A DNA stretch of 51,703 nucleotides from Firmicutes bacterium UBA3932. Lineage in GTDB: Bacteria > Bacillota > Clostridia > Peptostreptococcales > Anaerovoracaceae. This document shows, in pieces, positions 36,709 to 48,865 of the stretch. The stretch covers positions 596 through 52,298 of the forward strand of contig DGEG01000105.1 of assembly GCA_002385825.1 (NCBI GenBank), written 5' to 3'. The first letter of the stretch is position 1. Each line of letters begins with the position of its first letter. Below the pieces are notes generated by a model. It was given only the letters and a program-made list of their open reading frames with translations. It searched no databases and was not told the DNA's origin. Position numbers and translations under genes: made by a program.

Positions 36709-38001
36709 ATGGAAAAGAGCAAAAAGGAGAGAAAATACAAATTCGAGACACTGCAGGTCCATGCAGGACAAGAGCTGCCCGATCCGGCCACCGGAGCCAG
36801 GGCGGTGCCTATTTATCAAACAACTTCATACGTATTTGACAGCTGTGCCAAAGCTGCCGCTCTGTTTGATTTGTCCCAGAGCGGAAACATCTATACGCGC
36901 ATAATGAATCCGACTACGGACATATTTGAAAAGAGAATGGCGGCCCTGGAGGGAGGCGGAGCGGCTTTGGCAGTTGCCAGCGGTTCGGCGGCTATTACTT
37001 ACGCGGTTCAGAATATCGCTCAAGCAGGAGACCACATTGTTTCCGCAAATACTCTCTACGGAGGAACCTACAATCTTTTTGCACATACTTTGAGGAATTT
37101 CGGTATTGAAACAACTTTTGTAGATCCGGATGAAAAAGACAGCTTTAAAAATGCTATCCGCCCGAATACTAAAGCGATCTTCATCGAAAGTCTGGGCAAT
37201 CCAAATTCCAGCATAATAGATGTTGAGGAGTTGGCAAAGACAGCGCATAGTCACGGCATCCCTCTCATCGTGGACAATACCTTTGCGACGCCTTACCTGT
37301 TCCGTCCCATAGATTACGGTGCTGATATAGTGGTGCATTCCGCAACAAAATTCATAGGAGGCCACGGAACTTCCATCGGAGGAGTGATCATAGACAGCGG
37401 TAAATTTGATTGGGCCGCATCGGGTAGATTTTCTTGCATGACGGAACCGGATCCCAGCTATCACGGAATGCGCTATGCGGAAGCCGTAGGCCCATTGGCT
37501 TATATAGTGAAAGCGCGTGTAACCCTGTTGCGGGATACGGGAGCCGCATTAAGCCCCTTCAATTCATTCCTCTTCCTTCAGGGGTTGGAAACGCTGTCGT
37601 TAAGAGTTGAACGTCATGTGGAAAACACATTGAAGGTAGTAGATTTTCTGAGCAATCATCCCAAGGTTGAAAAAGTGAATCATCCTTCTCTCCCCGGCAG
37701 CCCGTACCATTCCCTTTATAAAAAGTATTTCCCCAAAGGAGGAGGTTCCATCTTTACCTTTGAGATTAAGGGAGGAAAGAAGGAAGCCACAGAGTTTATC
37801 GACAAGTTGCAGCTTTTCTCCCTCCTGGCTAATGTGGCAGATGTGAAATCTCTCGTCATCCATCCAGCCACAACCACCCATTCTCAGATGAGAGAGGAAG
37901 AGCTTATGGCTTCAGGAATCAAACCGAGTACCATCCGTCTGTCCATCGGGATCGAGCATATCGACGATTTGATTTACGACCTGGAGCAGGCTCTGAGCTA
38001 A
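36709..38001 (+). CDS. metY: O-acetylhomoserine (thiol)-lyase / sulfhydrylase
   Basis: Cys/Met-metabolism PLP family. PLP lysine in [12 protein letters not shown]-terminal [10 protein letters not shown]. Confidence 0.92.
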   Translation: MEKSKKERKYKFETLQVHAGQELPDPATGARAVPIYQTTSYVFDSCAKAAALFDLSQSGNIYTRIMNPTTDIFEKRMAALEGGGAALAVASGSAAITYAVQNIAQAGDHIVSANTLYGGTYNLFAHTLRNFGIETTFVDPDEKDSFKNAIRPNTKAIFIESLGNPNSSIIDVEELAKTAHSHGIPLIVDNTFATPYLFRPIDYGADIVVHSATKFIGGHGTSIGGVIIDSGKFDWAASGRFSCMTEPDPSYHGMRYAEAVGPLAYIVKARVTLLRDTGAALSPFNSFLFLQGLETLSLRVERHVENTLKVVDFLSNHPKVEKVNHPSLPGSPYHSLYKKYFPKGGGSIFTFEIKGGKKEATEFIDKLQLFSLLANVADVKSLVIHPATTTHSQMREEELMASGIKPSTIRLSIGIEHIDDLIYDLEQALS

Positions 38002-38038
38002 TAAACCATACCTGCGATGCTAAAAAGGTTTATAAAAT

Positions 38039-39121
38039 ATGAAGAAAAAAGTATTGGTAGCTATGAGCGGAGGAGTTGACAGTTCCGTTGCAGCTGCTCT
38101 GTTGCTGGAACAAGGCTATGATGTCAGCGGGGTCACTCTGAAGCTCTACGACAATGAAGATCTGGGCATCGATGACAAAACCCGGACCTGCTGTTCCATC
38201 TTCGATGTGGAAGATGCGCAGATAGTGGCGCAGCGTTTGGGTTTTCGTCACTATGTCTTCAATTTCGGATTGTATTTTCAAAGGGACGTAATGGAGCGAT
38301 TTGCAGATGCGTATCAGAAAGGTGAGACGCCTAACCCATGCATTGATTGCAACAGGTACATCAAGTTCAGCAAGCTTTTGGAAAGGGCGCTCCTTCTCGG
38401 ATATGACTATATCGCTACAGGCCATTATGCCAGAGTGGAGTATGATGAGAAGAAGCAAAGGTATCTCTTGAAGAAAGCTAAAGATGCATCGAAAGATCAG
38501 ACCTACGTTCTCTATGCCATGACGCAACAGGAGCTTGCGAGAACCCTGTTTCCCCTGGGGGATATGCTTAAAAGCGAAGTCCGGAAAATAGCCGAAGAAA
38601 AGGACCTGGTAAATGCCGGTAAGCCTGACAGCCAAGACATTTGTTTTGTCAAGGATAACGATTACGCAGGGTTTCTCACCGACGTCATGGGTGTAGAATC
38701 CGTTCCCGGCGACTTTATTGACACGGAGGGCAATGTGATAGGAAGGCATAAAGGGCTGATTCACTATACCATCGGTCAACGCAGGGGACTTAATATCGGT
38801 TTTGGCCGACGCAAATATGTGGTAAAGATAGACCGGGATAACAACACGGTAACATTAGGGGATCCCGAGGATCTTTTCAGTGAAAGTCTCATGGCAAGAG
38901 ATGTAAATCTCATATCAATAAGCAAGCTGGATGCCCCGATGGAAGTAACGGTGAAAACAAGGTATAAGCAACCGGAAACAAAAGCAACAATCTATCCGGT
39001 GGGAAACGATAATATTCGCGTGGTATTTGAAAATCCCCAGCGAGCCATTACACCGGGTCAAGCTGTTGTCTTTTATGATAATGATGTGGTAGTGGGCGGT
39101 GGGACTATTTCTTTGGAGTAG
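38039..39121 (+). CDS. mnmA: tRNA 2-thiouridine(34) synthase
   Basis: PP-loop AMSGGVDSSV, catalytic Cys contexts NPCIDCN and SQDICF. Confidence 0.95.
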   Translation: MKKKVLVAMSGGVDSSVAAALLLEQGYDVSGVTLKLYDNEDLGIDDKTRTCCSIFDVEDAQIVAQRLGFRHYVFNFGLYFQRDVMERFADAYQKGETPNPCIDCNRYIKFSKLLERALLLGYDYIATGHYARVEYDEKKQRYLLKKAKDASKDQTYVLYAMTQQELARTLFPLGDMLKSEVRKIAEEKDLVNAGKPDSQDICFVKDNDYAGFLTDVMGVESVPGDFIDTEGNVIGRHKGLIHYTIGQRRGLNIGFGRRKYVVKIDRDNNTVTLGDPEDLFSESLMARDVNLISISKLDAPMEVTVKTRYKQPETKATIYPVGNDNIRVVFENPQRAITPGQAVVFYDNDVVVGGGTISLE

Positions 39122-39253
39122 TCCTTTAAGCATGTTTCGTTGTATATGCACTTCCTTAAAAGTAGCCCTTTTTGGTTTGAAAATCATATAATATAATAAA
39201 GACACCACGCAGTAGAATCATGGTTTTAAAAGAATTGGCAATTGGATTTTTTC

Positions 39254-39282
39254 TTGCGATGTTTGAAAAACAATGGTAAAAT
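39254..39282 (+). promoter_or_regulatory. Candidate extended -10 promoter for the CYTH gene
   Basis: TTGCGA, 17-nt spacer, TGgTAAAAT. Confidence 0.45.
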
Positions 39283-39349
39283 AAGAAAACATGACAGATT
39301 CCTTTCGTAAATCTATATATTGAATGAAATGAAATGCCGAGGTTAACCT

Positions 39350-39988
39350 ATGGAAATAGAAATGAAATATGCCATCGCTAATAAAGAGGTGGCAGAATCC
39401 ATATGGGAAGATGATCTCCTTGATGAAATCGGAGATCCGGATTCCCGTGAAGCGGTCTATATGAAATCAGCTTATTTCGATACAGATTCGCGCGTTCTGT
39501 TTAAGAATGACGTGGCTTTTCGCGTAAGGATGGAAGGCAATAAAATTGTCGCTTCTCTTAAATGGAACGGGAGCAGCAGCGAGGGATTGCATAAGCGTGA
39601 GGAGGTCAACGTACCTGTTGACGATCCCGCCTGTTTTTCGGAACCATCTGCGGAAATCTTCAAGGAGAGCGATCAGGGAAAGGCGTTACTGAAACTTATT
39701 GGAGACGAGTGTCTTCACAGCATCCTGGAGATGAATTATATTCGCAGACGGCTACGCATAGATTACGGGAAAAGCATCATGGAACTCGCCATTGATACCG
39801 GTGAAATTCTGACAGAAAAAGGAGAATTACCTATCTGTGAGCTTGAAATTGAACTGTTCACCGGTGAACAAGAAGATGTGATCGCCTTGGGGGATATATT
39901 AAAGGAAAAATACGGCCTAATCCCTCTGGACACCAGCAAGTACGCAAGGGGGCTTAAACTTATAAGGAAATCCGACCAGGAACAATAG
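39350..39988 (+). CDS. CYTH-domain protein (triphosphate tunnel metalloenzyme)
   Basis: N-terminal ExExK motif (MEIEMKY) and later acidic strands (CELEIEL). Confidence 0.8.
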   Translation: MEIEMKYAIANKEVAESIWEDDLLDEIGDPDSREAVYMKSAYFDTDSRVLFKNDVAFRVRMEGNKIVASLKWNGSSSEGLHKREEVNVPVDDPACFSEPSAEIFKESDQGKALLKLIGDECLHSILEMNYIRRRLRIDYGKSIMELAIDTGEILTEKGELPICELEIELFTGEQEDVIALGDILKEKYGLIPLDTSKYARGLKLIRKSDQEQ

Positions 39989-40014
39989 GAGAATATATAA
40001 AGAAGAATAAGTCC

Positions 40015-40053
40015 GTGGCCGATGTCATCCTTAATACGTTGGCCACATTTTTT
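40015..40053 (+). terminator. Weak intrinsic terminator candidate after the CYTH gene
   Basis: GTGGCC...GGCCAC stem with a large 20-nt loop, followed by ATTTTTT. Confidence 0.4.
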
Positions 40054-40340
40054 GCGATAATGGAAGAAGTACATAATAATTGACCAATACAAGCAATAAA
40101 TTGGCGATTTTTGATGAAATATGATGAAAAATAGATAAAAATCCCGGAAAAACATGTCAAAAGGAACTGTTTTCTGCTTCATTTTACGGGGTATATAAGC
40201 AATACAGCGTATATTAGACTTCAATATTCGGCACCACAGTAAAAGAAAATAATTCTACAGTCGAATTTTTTCTCTTAATAGGTTATAATGTATCCGCTGC
40301 TAGATGAGAGATATTTTAATATACAGGAGGAATAAATTTA

Positions 40341-41621
40341 ATGAAAGCAACAATGCTTGGCAGAGAAAAGAATGACGTTACATTTAAAATGGACTTTGAG
40401 TCAGATGAATTCGAACAAGCCATCAACAAAGCATATAAAGCAACAAAGCATCAGTTCGTTATCGATGGTTTCCGTAAAGGGAAAGCGCCGAGAAAGCTTA
40501 TTGAGATGAAATACGGTGAGGATGTGTTCTACGAGGATGCTATCAACCAACTGTTTTCGGAGGCTTACCCCGCCGCGTTGGATGAGTTGAATATCAAGCC
40601 CGTAGACAGGCCTCGTGCAGATTTCGATAAAATAGAAGCCAATAAGGGATTTGGTGTAACGATAAAAGTGACTGTCACCCCGGAAGTTCAGGTAAAGGAC
40701 TACAAAGGTGTCAAGATCGCCAAAGTAGATGATACAGTGAAAGACGAGGAAGTGGAAAAAGAACTGGAAGCTCTGCAAAAGAGAAATTCCAGATTAGTAG
40801 AGGTGGATAGGCCTGCCAAAGAGGGCGACACCGTACTTATCGACTATGCAGGTTTTATCGGTGAAGAGCAACTGGAAGGAGGCACTGCAGAACGTCAGCC
40901 GATTACCTTAGGCTCTAATGTTTTAATTCCAGGCTTTGAAGAACAGCTTGTCGGTGTGAAAGCGGGAGAAGAACGAGAGGTTAAAGTGACTTTTCCCGAA
41001 GACTACCATTCCGATTTAGCCGGAAAAGAAGCCGTATTCAAATGCAAGGTGCATGAAATAAAGGAAACAGAACTTCCCGAAATCGACGATGAATTCGCGA
41101 AAGATGTAAGCGAGTTCGATACGTTGGAAGAATTGAAAGCAGACATCAGGCATAAGTTAGAAAAGACTGCAAAAGATAAGGCAGAGTACGAGATGAAGAA
41201 TGCCGTTCTGGAAAAAGTCTACGAAGCAACAGAAGTGGACATACCTGATGTGATGGTAGAGAGCCAGATCGATGATATGCTTCATGAGTTCCAGCAGCAG
41301 CTACGTTACCAGGGGCTGGATTTTCAGCAATACTTGGAGTTTTTGGGCAAGAACATGGAAGAATACAGGGAAGAACTCCGAGCAGATGCCTACAAGAAAG
41401 TAAAGACAAAGCTCATAGTTGAAGCGGTTGCAGAAGCAGAGAACCTGGTCGCTTCGGATGAGGATGTGGATAAAGAACTGGCAACAATGGCGGAGCAATA
41501 TAAAATGGAGACAGATAAAATAAAAGAGATAATGGGTGAACAGGGAATCGCCTATCTCCGTCAGGATATAAGGAACAAAAAAGCAGTGGATTTCATGTAT
41601 GATAACGCCGTCATTGAGTAA
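40341..41621 (+). CDS. tig: Trigger factor
   Basis: AGGAGG SD. GFRKGKAP ribosome-binding signature and a central FKBP domain (GFIGEEQLEGG). Confidence 0.95.
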   Translation: MKATMLGREKNDVTFKMDFESDEFEQAINKAYKATKHQFVIDGFRKGKAPRKLIEMKYGEDVFYEDAINQLFSEAYPAALDELNIKPVDRPRADFDKIEANKGFGVTIKVTVTPEVQVKDYKGVKIAKVDDTVKDEEVEKELEALQKRNSRLVEVDRPAKEGDTVLIDYAGFIGEEQLEGGTAERQPITLGSNVLIPGFEEQLVGVKAGEEREVKVTFPEDYHSDLAGKEAVFKCKVHEIKETELPEIDDEFAKDVSEFDTLEELKADIRHKLEKTAKDKAEYEMKNAVLEKVYEATEVDIPDVMVESQIDDMLHEFQQQLRYQGLDFQQYLEFLGKNMEEYREELRADAYKKVKTKLIVEAVAEAENLVASDEDVDKELATMAEQYKMETDKIKEIMGEQGIAYLRQDIRNKKAVDFMYDNAVIE

Positions 41622-41652
41622 AGACCGCCGTTAGGACAAAGGGGGAAAGCAT

Positions 41653-42240
41653 ATGCCATTAATCCCGATAGTGGTAGAACAAACCAGTCGTGGTGAGCGA
41701 TCTTATGACATCTATTCGAGATTGTTAAAAGATCGCATCGTATTCCTCGGTGAGGAAGTGAATGCGCACACCGCAAGTATAGTGGTGGCACAGCTCCTTT
41801 TTTTGGAGGCAGAAGATCCAAATAAAGATATAAGCTTTTATATTAATAGTCCCGGCGGATCCATTACTGCCGGTATGGCTATTTATGACACAATGCAATA
41901 TATTAAACCGGACGTCTCTACAATTTGCATCGGAATGGCAGCAAGCATGGGAGCTTTCCTATTGGCTGCCGGTGCAAAGGGGAAACGGTTTGCACTGCCG
42001 AATGCAGAAATAATGATCCACCAGCCTTTGGGAGGCATATCAGGGCAGGCAGAAGATCTGAGAATTCACGCAGAGCGTATCATTAAGACCAGAGATAAAC
42101 TGAACCGGATTCTGAGTGAAAAGACCGGTCAACCCCTTGAGAGAATAGCACGAGATACAGATCGCGATAATTTCATGGACGCGGAAGAAGCGTTGGCCTA
42201 CGGGATTATCGATAAGGTAATTGTCTCAAGAGACGGTTAA
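41653..42240 (+). CDS. clpP: ATP-dependent Clp protease proteolytic subunit
   Basis: [11 protein letters not shown], catalytic Ser in GMAASMGA, His in IHQPLGG. Confidence 0.97.
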   Translation: MPLIPIVVEQTSRGERSYDIYSRLLKDRIVFLGEEVNAHTASIVVAQLLFLEAEDPNKDISFYINSPGGSITAGMAIYDTMQYIKPDVSTICIGMAASMGAFLLAAGAKGKRFALPNAEIMIHQPLGGISGQAEDLRIHAERIIKTRDKLNRILSEKTGQPLERIARDTDRDNFMDAEEALAYGIIDKVIVSRDG

Positions 42241-42266
42241 AACAAAGTAAGTCGAAAGGAAGTATT

Positions 42267-43559
42267 ATGGGAAAATACGATGAATCAAAACAATTGAAAT
42301 GTTCTTTTTGCGGTAAGCCGCAAGATCAGGTCAGACGGCTTGTTGCAGGACCGAACGTTTATATATGCGATGAATGTATCGATCTGTGCCAGGACATCAT
42401 AAAAGAAGAGTTCGCAGAAAGGGCTTTGAGAGAAAACGAATTCGGTGACCTGTCGTCATTGCCAAAGCCAAAAGAGATTGCCAGTGCTCTGTCCGAATAT
42501 GTAATTGGCCAGGAAGATGCGAAAAAAGCATTGGCAGTAGCAGTTTACAACCATTACAAGAGAATAGGTTCTATGAGAGGCTGGGCTGACGACGATGTGG
42601 AAATACAGAAGAGCAACATCATTATGATCGGGCCCACAGGCTCGGGGAAGACGTTGCTTGCACAGACCTTGGCAAAGATCCTAAACGTGCCTTTTGCAAT
42701 CGCCGACGCCACAACGTTGACAGAAGCAGGATACGTAGGTGAAGATGTGGAGAATATTTTGCTTAAACTGATTCAGGCGGCGGATTATGACATAGAAAAG
42801 GCGCAAAAGGGCATCGTTTATGTGGATGAGATCGATAAGATCGCAAGAAAGACAGAGAATCCCTCCATCACCCGTGATGTGAGCGGGGAAGGTGTCCAGC
42901 AGGCGCTGTTAAAGATTCTCGAAGGCACTGTGGCAAGCGTGCCTCCACAAGGTGGCAGGAAGCACCCGCACCAGGATTTCATACAATTTGACACCACCAA
43001 TGTACTGTTCATTTGCGGAGGCGCCTTCGACGGTCTGGATAAGATCATTCAAAGAAGGATCGGCGAAAAGACTATCGGTTTCAATTCGCAGATACGAGCC
43101 TCAAAAGCAGAAGGGGCGGAAGTGTTGAAATCCGTTCAGCCTGAAGACCTTCTGAAATACGGGTTGATTCCTGAATTCATCGGAAGGCTGCCCGTGGTGG
43201 TTACCCTGGAGGAACTGTCGAAAGAAGCTTTGGTCCGCATAATTCGTGAGCCGAAAAACGCATTGTTGAAGCAGTATAAGAAACTGTTCCAACTGGATGG
43301 AGTGGAACTTGAAATTGAAGAGGAGGCTATCTTCAGGCTGGCCGAGAAGGCTCTCGAGAGAAAGACAGGAGCTCGAGGTCTTCGCAGCATCATGGAACAA
43401 GTGATGACGGATATCATGTTTGAAATTCCATCGAGAGACGACATCAGAAAGTGTATAGTAACAAAGAGCACAATAGATCATAACACAGGACCGACTCTAG
43501 TTCTGAGAGACGCCAAAAGGATCGAGAAGAACGGAAAGAAAAAGGAGACGGCATCGTGA
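42267..43559 (+). CDS. clpX: Clp protease ATPase subunit ClpX
   Basis: Zinc finger CSFCGK...CDEC, Walker A GPTGSGKT, and the IGF-like loop region. Confidence 0.97.
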   Translation: MGKYDESKQLKCSFCGKPQDQVRRLVAGPNVYICDECIDLCQDIIKEEFAERALRENEFGDLSSLPKPKEIASALSEYVIGQEDAKKALAVAVYNHYKRIGSMRGWADDDVEIQKSNIIMIGPTGSGKTLLAQTLAKILNVPFAIADATTLTEAGYVGEDVENILLKLIQAADYDIEKAQKGIVYVDEIDKIARKTENPSITRDVSGEGVQQALLKILEGTVASVPPQGGRKHPHQDFIQFDTTNVLFICGGAFDGLDKIIQRRIGEKTIGFNSQIRASKAEGAEVLKSVQPEDLLKYGLIPEFIGRLPVVVTLEELSKEALVRIIREPKNALLKQYKKLFQLDGVELEIEEEAIFRLAEKALERKTGARGLRSIMEQVMTDIMFEIPSRDDIRKCIVTKSTIDHNTGPTLVLRDAKRIEKNGKKKETAS

Positions 43560-43613
43560 GTTGAAAAACAGACGGCACCTGCCGCCTGTTTTTCGGCTGA
43601 GGAGGTGTGAGAA

Positions 43614-45998
43614 TTGTCGAACATGAACGAAGACGATAAGAAATATGATAAAGATGAAGAAAAAAAGGTCGATGAGTATGAAGAAATAGATGGAGTTATG
43701 CCCATGATCCCCCTCAGGGGATTGTTGGTCTTTCCATATATGGTGCTTCATTTCGATATAGGCAGGGAAAAGTCCATCAGCGCTTTGGAAAAGGCCATGA
43801 TGATGAACCAAACCGTATTCTTGTCCGCACAGATTAGCGCTGAAACGGACTTACCCACCAGAGATGATTTTTACAGAGTCGGAACAATCGCCAAAATAAA
43901 GCAGATGCTGCGCCTTCCCGGAGATACGATCCGGGTTCTCGTGGAAGGCATAAGCAGGGGACGCATTGAGGAATTCATCTTTGAGGTTCCCTATTTCAAA
44001 TGCAGGATAAAAGGGATCAGTGAACAGGAATTTGATGACATCCCGCCCAAGATAGAAGCATTGATGCGGGCAGTTTTGTCATCTTTCGAAGAATATATCA
44101 GCTACAGCCCGAGGATTTCACAAGAGGTATATCCTTCCGTTGCTTCTGTTGAACAGCCTGGCAGGTTGGCAGATGTGGTTACTTCTCACCTGGATATCAA
44201 GACGGAGGAAAAGCAGCAGATACTTGAAGCCTTCGATGTAGAAGAGCGCCTTGAAATCTTAAACACCATCCTGACGAAGGAAATTGAGATTCTTAAAATA
44301 GAAAACTCAATAACAAACAAAGTGAGAACCCAGATTCACAAGAGCCAGAGGGAGTATTATCTGAAAGAACAGCTCCGCGTAATTCAGGAAGAATTAGGCG
44401 AGGACGAAGATATTGAAGACGAGATTCAAAACTGGCTTAAGCAGCTAAACAAACTTAAGCTCCAGCCTGCCGTTCATGAAAAAGTAGAGAAGGAAATAAA
44501 GCGCTTTAAAAAGATTCAGTCCCATTCTGCAGAAGGTGGTGTGATACGCACCTATGTGGAATGGATTTTAGCCCTTCCATGGAATAAGTCTTCCAGAGAT
44601 AATAAGGATATCAAATTGGCGGAGGCCATACTCAATGAGGATCATTACGGCCTGGACAAAGTAAAGGAGAGGGTTCTGGAATATTTAGCTGTGATTCAGC
44701 TGTCAAAAAGTATGAAGGGTCCCATTCTCTGTCTGGTCGGCCCTCCCGGAACAGGAAAAACATCCATAGCCAAGTCCATTGCCCGGTCGTTAAATAGGAA
44801 ATTTGTTCGCATGTCTTTGGGTGGTGTAAGGGACGAGGCAGAAATTCGAGGCCATAGGAGAACCTATATCGGTGCCATACCGGGAAGGATTATATCCGCT
44901 ATCAAAGAGGCTAAAACAAACAATCCCGTATTCCTCTTCGACGAGGTGGACAAGATCGGCACGGATTTCCGTGGGGATCCTGCTTCCGCATTGCTTGAAG
45001 TTCTTGATCCCGAACAGAATAAAGACTTTACGGATCATTATCTGGAGGTTCCCTTCGATCTGTCCAAGGTGATGTTCATTACCACAGCAAACACGACAGA
45101 TACAATTCCAAAACCTCTGCTTGATCGTATGGAGGTTATCCAGGTTCCCGGCTATACGGAAGAGGAAAAGGTGAAGATCGCCGAGCAATATCTGGTTCCT
45201 AAAAAAATTAAGGAACATGGTTTGAAGGAATCAGATCTCAGGATTTCTGAGACGGCAATACGGACCATCATTAATAATTATACGAGAGAATCCGGAGTCC
45301 GGAATCTGGAAAGAGAGATCGCCACCATTTGCAGAAAGGCGGCCAAACAGGTGGCAGAAAAGCAGAAAGTGCCAATCATCGTTACCGCGGCTAATGTAGA
45401 AAAATATCTGGGGAAGAAGCGCTACCGTTATGATAAAATAGAAGGTGAGAACGGAGTCGGCGTGACGACGGGTCTTGCCTGGACCGCGGTGGGTGGCGAT
45501 ACCCTGTCGATTGAAACAGCTGTCGTTCCAGGGAACGGAACCTTAGTTCTGACTGGCCAGTTAGGTGAAGTGATGCAGGAATCCGCAAAAGCCGGCATCA
45601 GTTATATACGCTCCAAAGCGAAAGAACTGGGTATCGAGGAGAATTTCTACAAGGAGAAAGATCTGCACATCCATATTCCGGAGGGAGCGACTCCGAAGGA
45701 TGGACCTTCCGCAGGGGTTACCATGTGCACTTCCGTCATATCGGCTCTTACCGGTATTCCCGTAAGAAAGGATTTGGCAATGACGGGAGAAATCACTCTG
45801 CGGGGCAAAGTGCTTCCCGTGGGAGGAATTCGTGAAAAGGTGCTGGCTGCACACCGGGCAGGAATCACTACCGTTTTGTTGCCTAAAGAAAATGAAGCCG
45901 ATATTCAGGAAATTCCGTCCAATGTGCGCAGGCGAATGAAATTGATCCTGGTCGAGACGCTGGATGAGATACTGGACATTGCGCTGGTGAAAAAATGA
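43614..45998 (+). CDS. lon: Lon protease (LonA)
   Basis: TTG start after GAGGAGGTG. Walker [10 protein letters not shown] and catalytic Ser in PKDGPSAG. Acidic N-terminal extension. Confidence 0.95.
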   Translation: MSNMNEDDKKYDKDEEKKVDEYEEIDGVMPMIPLRGLLVFPYMVLHFDIGREKSISALEKAMMMNQTVFLSAQISAETDLPTRDDFYRVGTIAKIKQMLRLPGDTIRVLVEGISRGRIEEFIFEVPYFKCRIKGISEQEFDDIPPKIEALMRAVLSSFEEYISYSPRISQEVYPSVASVEQPGRLADVVTSHLDIKTEEKQQILEAFDVEERLEILNTILTKEIEILKIENSITNKVRTQIHKSQREYYLKEQLRVIQEELGEDEDIEDEIQNWLKQLNKLKLQPAVHEKVEKEIKRFKKIQSHSAEGGVIRTYVEWILALPWNKSSRDNKDIKLAEAILNEDHYGLDKVKERVLEYLAVIQLSKSMKGPILCLVGPPGTGKTSIAKSIARSLNRKFVRMSLGGVRDEAEIRGHRRTYIGAIPGRIISAIKEAKTNNPVFLFDEVDKIGTDFRGDPASALLEVLDPEQNKDFTDHYLEVPFDLSKVMFITTANTTDTIPKPLLDRMEVIQVPGYTEEEKVKIAEQYLVPKKIKEHGLKESDLRISETAIRTIINNYTRESGVRNLEREIATICRKAAKQVAEKQKVPIIVTAANVEKYLGKKRYRYDKIEGENGVGVTTGLAWTAVGGDTLSIETAVVPGNGTLVLTGQLGEVMQESAKAGISYIRSKAKELGIEENFYKEKDLHIHIPEGATPKDGPSAGVTMCTSVISALTGIPVRKDLAMTGEITLRGKVLPVGGIREKVLAAHRAGITTVLLPKENEADIQEIPSNVRRRMKLILVETLDEILDIALVKK

Positions 45999-46585
45999 TT
46001 ATAAAAGAAGCAGAACTCGCTGCTGTGGCTGTAAACCCGGAGCAGTATCCGGATACGAACAAAAAGGAAATAGCCATAGCGGGGCGTTCCAATGTGGGCA
46101 AATCCTCGCTGATCAACATGTTGCTCAACCGAAAGGGGTTGGCCAGGGTCAGCGGGAGCCCCGGAAAGACCAGAACCATAAATTTCTACGATGTGAATAA
46201 GGATTTCCGCATCGTTGATCTGCCGGGTTACGGCTTTGCAAAGGTTTCGCGTTCCACAATAGATAATTGGGGAAAAATGATAGATAACTACCTGTCTAAT
46301 CGTCCCAATCTTGTTAAGATGATTCAACTGGTAGATGTGCGCCATCCCCCTACAGCCCAGGACATTCAAATGTATGAATGGATGCGGTATTACGGGCTGG
46401 ACGGTTTGGTAGTGGCCACAAAGGCTGACAAAGTGTCAAAGGCTGAGCTTGCCCGAAATCTAAACGTAATCCGCATGGCCCTCGGACTAGGCGAAAGAGA
46501 CAAAATAATTCCGGTCTCGGCTCTTAAGAGAACCGGATATGAAGAATTGCTTAAAGCTCTCGATGAGATCCTGAAGGAGGGATAG
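45995..46585 (+). CDS. engB: Ribosome biogenesis GTP-binding protein YsxC/EngB
   Basis: [27 protein letters not shown] overlap with the lon stop. Confidence 0.93.
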   Translation: MIIKEAELAAVAVNPEQYPDTNKKEIAIAGRSNVGKSSLINMLLNRKGLARVSGSPGKTRTINFYDVNKDFRIVDLPGYGFAKVSRSTIDNWGKMIDNYLSNRPNLVKMIQLVDVRHPPTAQDIQMYEWMRYYGLDGLVVATKADKVSKAELARNLNVIRMALGLGERDKIIPVSALKRTGYEELLKALDEILKEG

Positions 46586-46587
46586 GG

Positions 46588-46932
46588 ATGCAATACATTT
46601 TCCTGCGGGTACTGATGCGCCGGATTAAAGCGATTCCGTCATTTTTGCGGGATAAGACGGTACCCTTTAGAAAGAAACTACTTGTGATATTAGGGGTCCT
46701 TTACTTTCTATGGCCCTTTGATTTAATACCAACCCCTATTCTCCTCTTTGGCATAATTGACGATCTGGTGATCTGGGGATCAATTATTTACTACCTGAGA
46801 AATGAGCTTGACAAATATTGGCTTGGAGAAAAAGAAGTTGCGCCGGAAAAAAGATTCCATGGCAAAAACATCATAGATGATGTAAAATTTGAAGTGAAGG
46901 ACAATGGCGCCGATGAGCGCGAAACACAATAA
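46588..46932 (+). CDS. DUF1232 (YkvA-like) membrane protein
   Basis: The LWPFDLIPTPILLFGIIDDLVI segment is typical of this family. Confidence 0.65.
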   Translation: MQYIFLRVLMRRIKAIPSFLRDKTVPFRKKLLVILGVLYFLWPFDLIPTPILLFGIIDDLVIWGSIIYYLRNELDKYWLGEKEVAPEKRFHGKNIIDDVKFEVKDNGADERETQ

Positions 46933-46957
46933 AAAACCAGCAACAAAGGAGCAAGTA

Positions 46958-47491
46958 ATGGAGAAAAAATACGTATTCGGCGATGTGATGATCGGCAAGG
47001 AAGAGCTCAAGGAGCGGGTTGCCGAACTTGGCAAGGAGATCTCAAGAGACTACAAGGGTGAATCCATATTGGCTATCTGTGTATTAAAAGGTGCAGTCAT
47101 CTTTATGAGCGACTTGATCCGAGAGCTCAATGTGGAGACGAAGATCGACTTCATGGCAGTATCAAGCTATGGCGCGTCTACGGAAAGTACGGGCGTGGTA
47201 CGTATTCTTAAAGACTTGGATTCCGATATTGAGGGGGAAAATGTAATTATTATTGAGGACATCATCGATTCCGGGCTTACATTGAAGTATTTAAAGGATT
47301 ATTTAATGGCTAGAAATCCAAAGAGTCTGAAGATCTGCACGCTTCTTGACAAACCGGAGAGAAGAGTGGCGGATGTAAAACCAGATTACGTGGGTTTCTC
47401 CATAGAGAATAAGTTTATCGTAGGTTACGGACTGGATTACAATCAGATGTACCGTAATCTACCCTATATAAGTTATCTTGAAGAAGAGTAA
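46958..47491 (+). CDS. hpt: Hypoxanthine phosphoribosyltransferase
   Basis: PRPP-binding motif VIIIEDIIDSGLT. The ATG at 46958 follows AAGGAG. Confidence 0.92.
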   Translation: MEKKYVFGDVMIGKEELKERVAELGKEISRDYKGESILAICVLKGAVIFMSDLIRELNVETKIDFMAVSSYGASTESTGVVRILKDLDSDIEGENVIIIEDIIDSGLTLKYLKDYLMARNPKSLKICTLLDKPERRVADVKPDYVGFSIENKFIVGYGLDYNQMYRNLPYISYLEEE

Positions 47492-47505
47492 TGGAGGAAA
47501 AAACA

Positions 47506-48078
47506 ATGTCTTACAAAGTACCTGTAGGATTATCCAACAAACACCTGCATCTTTCCCAGGAAGACCTGGAAGCGCTTTTTGGGAAGGGATACGAATTGAC
47601 TCCTTACAAGGCTTTAAAGCAGCCCGGCCAATATGCGGCAGAGGAGAAAGTGGATATAGTAGGACCGAAAGGGACCATTAAAGGAGTGCGCATCCTTGGA
47701 CCTGTAAGAAAGGAAACCCAGGTAGAGCTTGCGATAACCGATGCTCGAGCTATCGGTGTCACCGCTCCGGTAAAGGAATCCGGAAAACTTGAAGGAACAC
47801 CGGGTATAAAGCTGGTGGGCCCTGCCGGTGAAATAGAAATAGATCACGGTGTGATAATAGCATTGCGCCACGTGCACCTGTCTGCCGAACAGGCTAAAGA
47901 AGCGGGCGTACAAGATAAACAGATGATAAGCGTACGTTTTGGAGGAGAAAGGGGCGTTGTGTTCGACAACGTACTTGTTCGCGCCGGTGACGGACACGAA
48001 GCGGAGATCCATCTGGATACAGATGAAGGCAATGCTGCGGGTCTGAAAAACGGCGATCTCGGGGAGCTTATTGTATGA
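47506..48078 (+). CDS. pduL: PduL-type phosphate acyltransferase (phosphate propanoyltransferase family)
   Basis: Two PduL repeats: [13 protein letters not shown] and [21 protein letters not shown] is present. The ATG at 47506 follows GGAGGA. An alternative ATG at 47491 overlaps the hpt stop. Confidence 0.85.
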   Translation: MSYKVPVGLSNKHLHLSQEDLEALFGKGYELTPYKALKQPGQYAAEEKVDIVGPKGTIKGVRILGPVRKETQVELAITDARAIGVTAPVKESGKLEGTPGIKLVGPAGEIEIDHGVIIALRHVHLSAEQAKEAGVQDKQMISVRFGGERGVVFDNVLVRAGDGHEAEIHLDTDEGNAAGLKNGDLGELIV

Positions 48079-48722
48079 AACCACTGAATCGATATATCGA
48101 TCATACGCTTTTGAAAGCCGAGGCTACGGAAGCGGATATACGGAAACTCTGCAAGGAAGCTATCGAATATGACTTCTATGCTGTATGCGTTAATTCCTGC
48201 TATGTGTCTTTAGTCAGCAAGGAACTTGCCGACAGCGGGGTGAAGGTCGCTTCTGTAGTGGGATTTCCTCTGGGCGCCGCCCATACGGCTGCCAAAGTCT
48301 GTGAGACTGAAATTGCCGTATCGGAAGGTGCGGATGAGATCGATATGGTACTTAATATAGGAGCCTTGAAGGAAGGCCGTTACAACTTCGTGGAAGACGA
48401 TATACGGGCGGTGGTGCAGGCCGCGGCAAAGGGGAGCGCCATCGTTAAAGTGATTCTGGAAACCTGTCTTTTAACAGACGATGAAGTAATAAAAGCCTGT
48501 CAACTCGCGCAGAATGCGGGGGCGGCTTTCGTGAAAACTTCTACCGGCTTTTCCACTGGCGGAGCAACGGCGCATCATGTGAAGCTGATGAAGGATACAG
48601 TCGGGGATGCATTGCAGGTAAAAGCATCCGGGGGTATCCGGGATAAGTCAAAGGCTCTTGAAATGATCGAGGCCGGTGCAGATCGCATCGGAGCGTCTGC
48701 GTCGGTTGCAATCTGTAAATGA
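48075..48722 (+). CDS. deoC: Deoxyribose-phosphate aldolase
   Basis: IDHTLLK N-terminus and Schiff-base lysine context [12 protein letters not shown] overlap with the pduL stop. Confidence 0.93.
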   Translation: MKPLNRYIDHTLLKAEATEADIRKLCKEAIEYDFYAVCVNSCYVSLVSKELADSGVKVASVVGFPLGAAHTAAKVCETEIAVSEGADEIDMVLNIGALKEGRYNFVEDDIRAVVQAAAKGSAIVKVILETCLLTDDEVIKACQLAQNAGAAFVKTSTGFSTGGATAHHVKLMKDTVGDALQVKASGGIRDKSKALEMIEAGADRIGASASVAICK

Positions 48723-48732
48723 CAAGGGATAG

Positions 48733-48773
48733 GCCCCGCTTGTAGAAACACACGCGGGGCAGATCGTTTTTTT
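48733..48773 (+). terminator. Intrinsic terminator candidate after deoC
   Basis: GCCCCGC ... GCGGGGC stem with a 14-nt loop. The T7 run begins 6 nt after the stem. Confidence 0.5.
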
Positions 48774-48865
48774 AACAGCGAGAACGAGATGTGTTCTCGG
48801 GAATGATTTGCCGTTGGATATAGCCGCTCCATTTGGAGCGGTTTTCAGCGGGAGGAAAAAGATAC

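Noticed and set aside
38030-38779. 249-aa ORF antisense to mnmA. Similar long antisense ORFs occur at 19646-20329, 21302-21904, 36826-37464, 34771-35394, 12021-12653 and 11202-11732.
   Set aside because: Each lies entirely inside a well-supported conserved gene on the other strand. None has an SD or recognisable motifs, and their compositions look like typical shadow ORFs.
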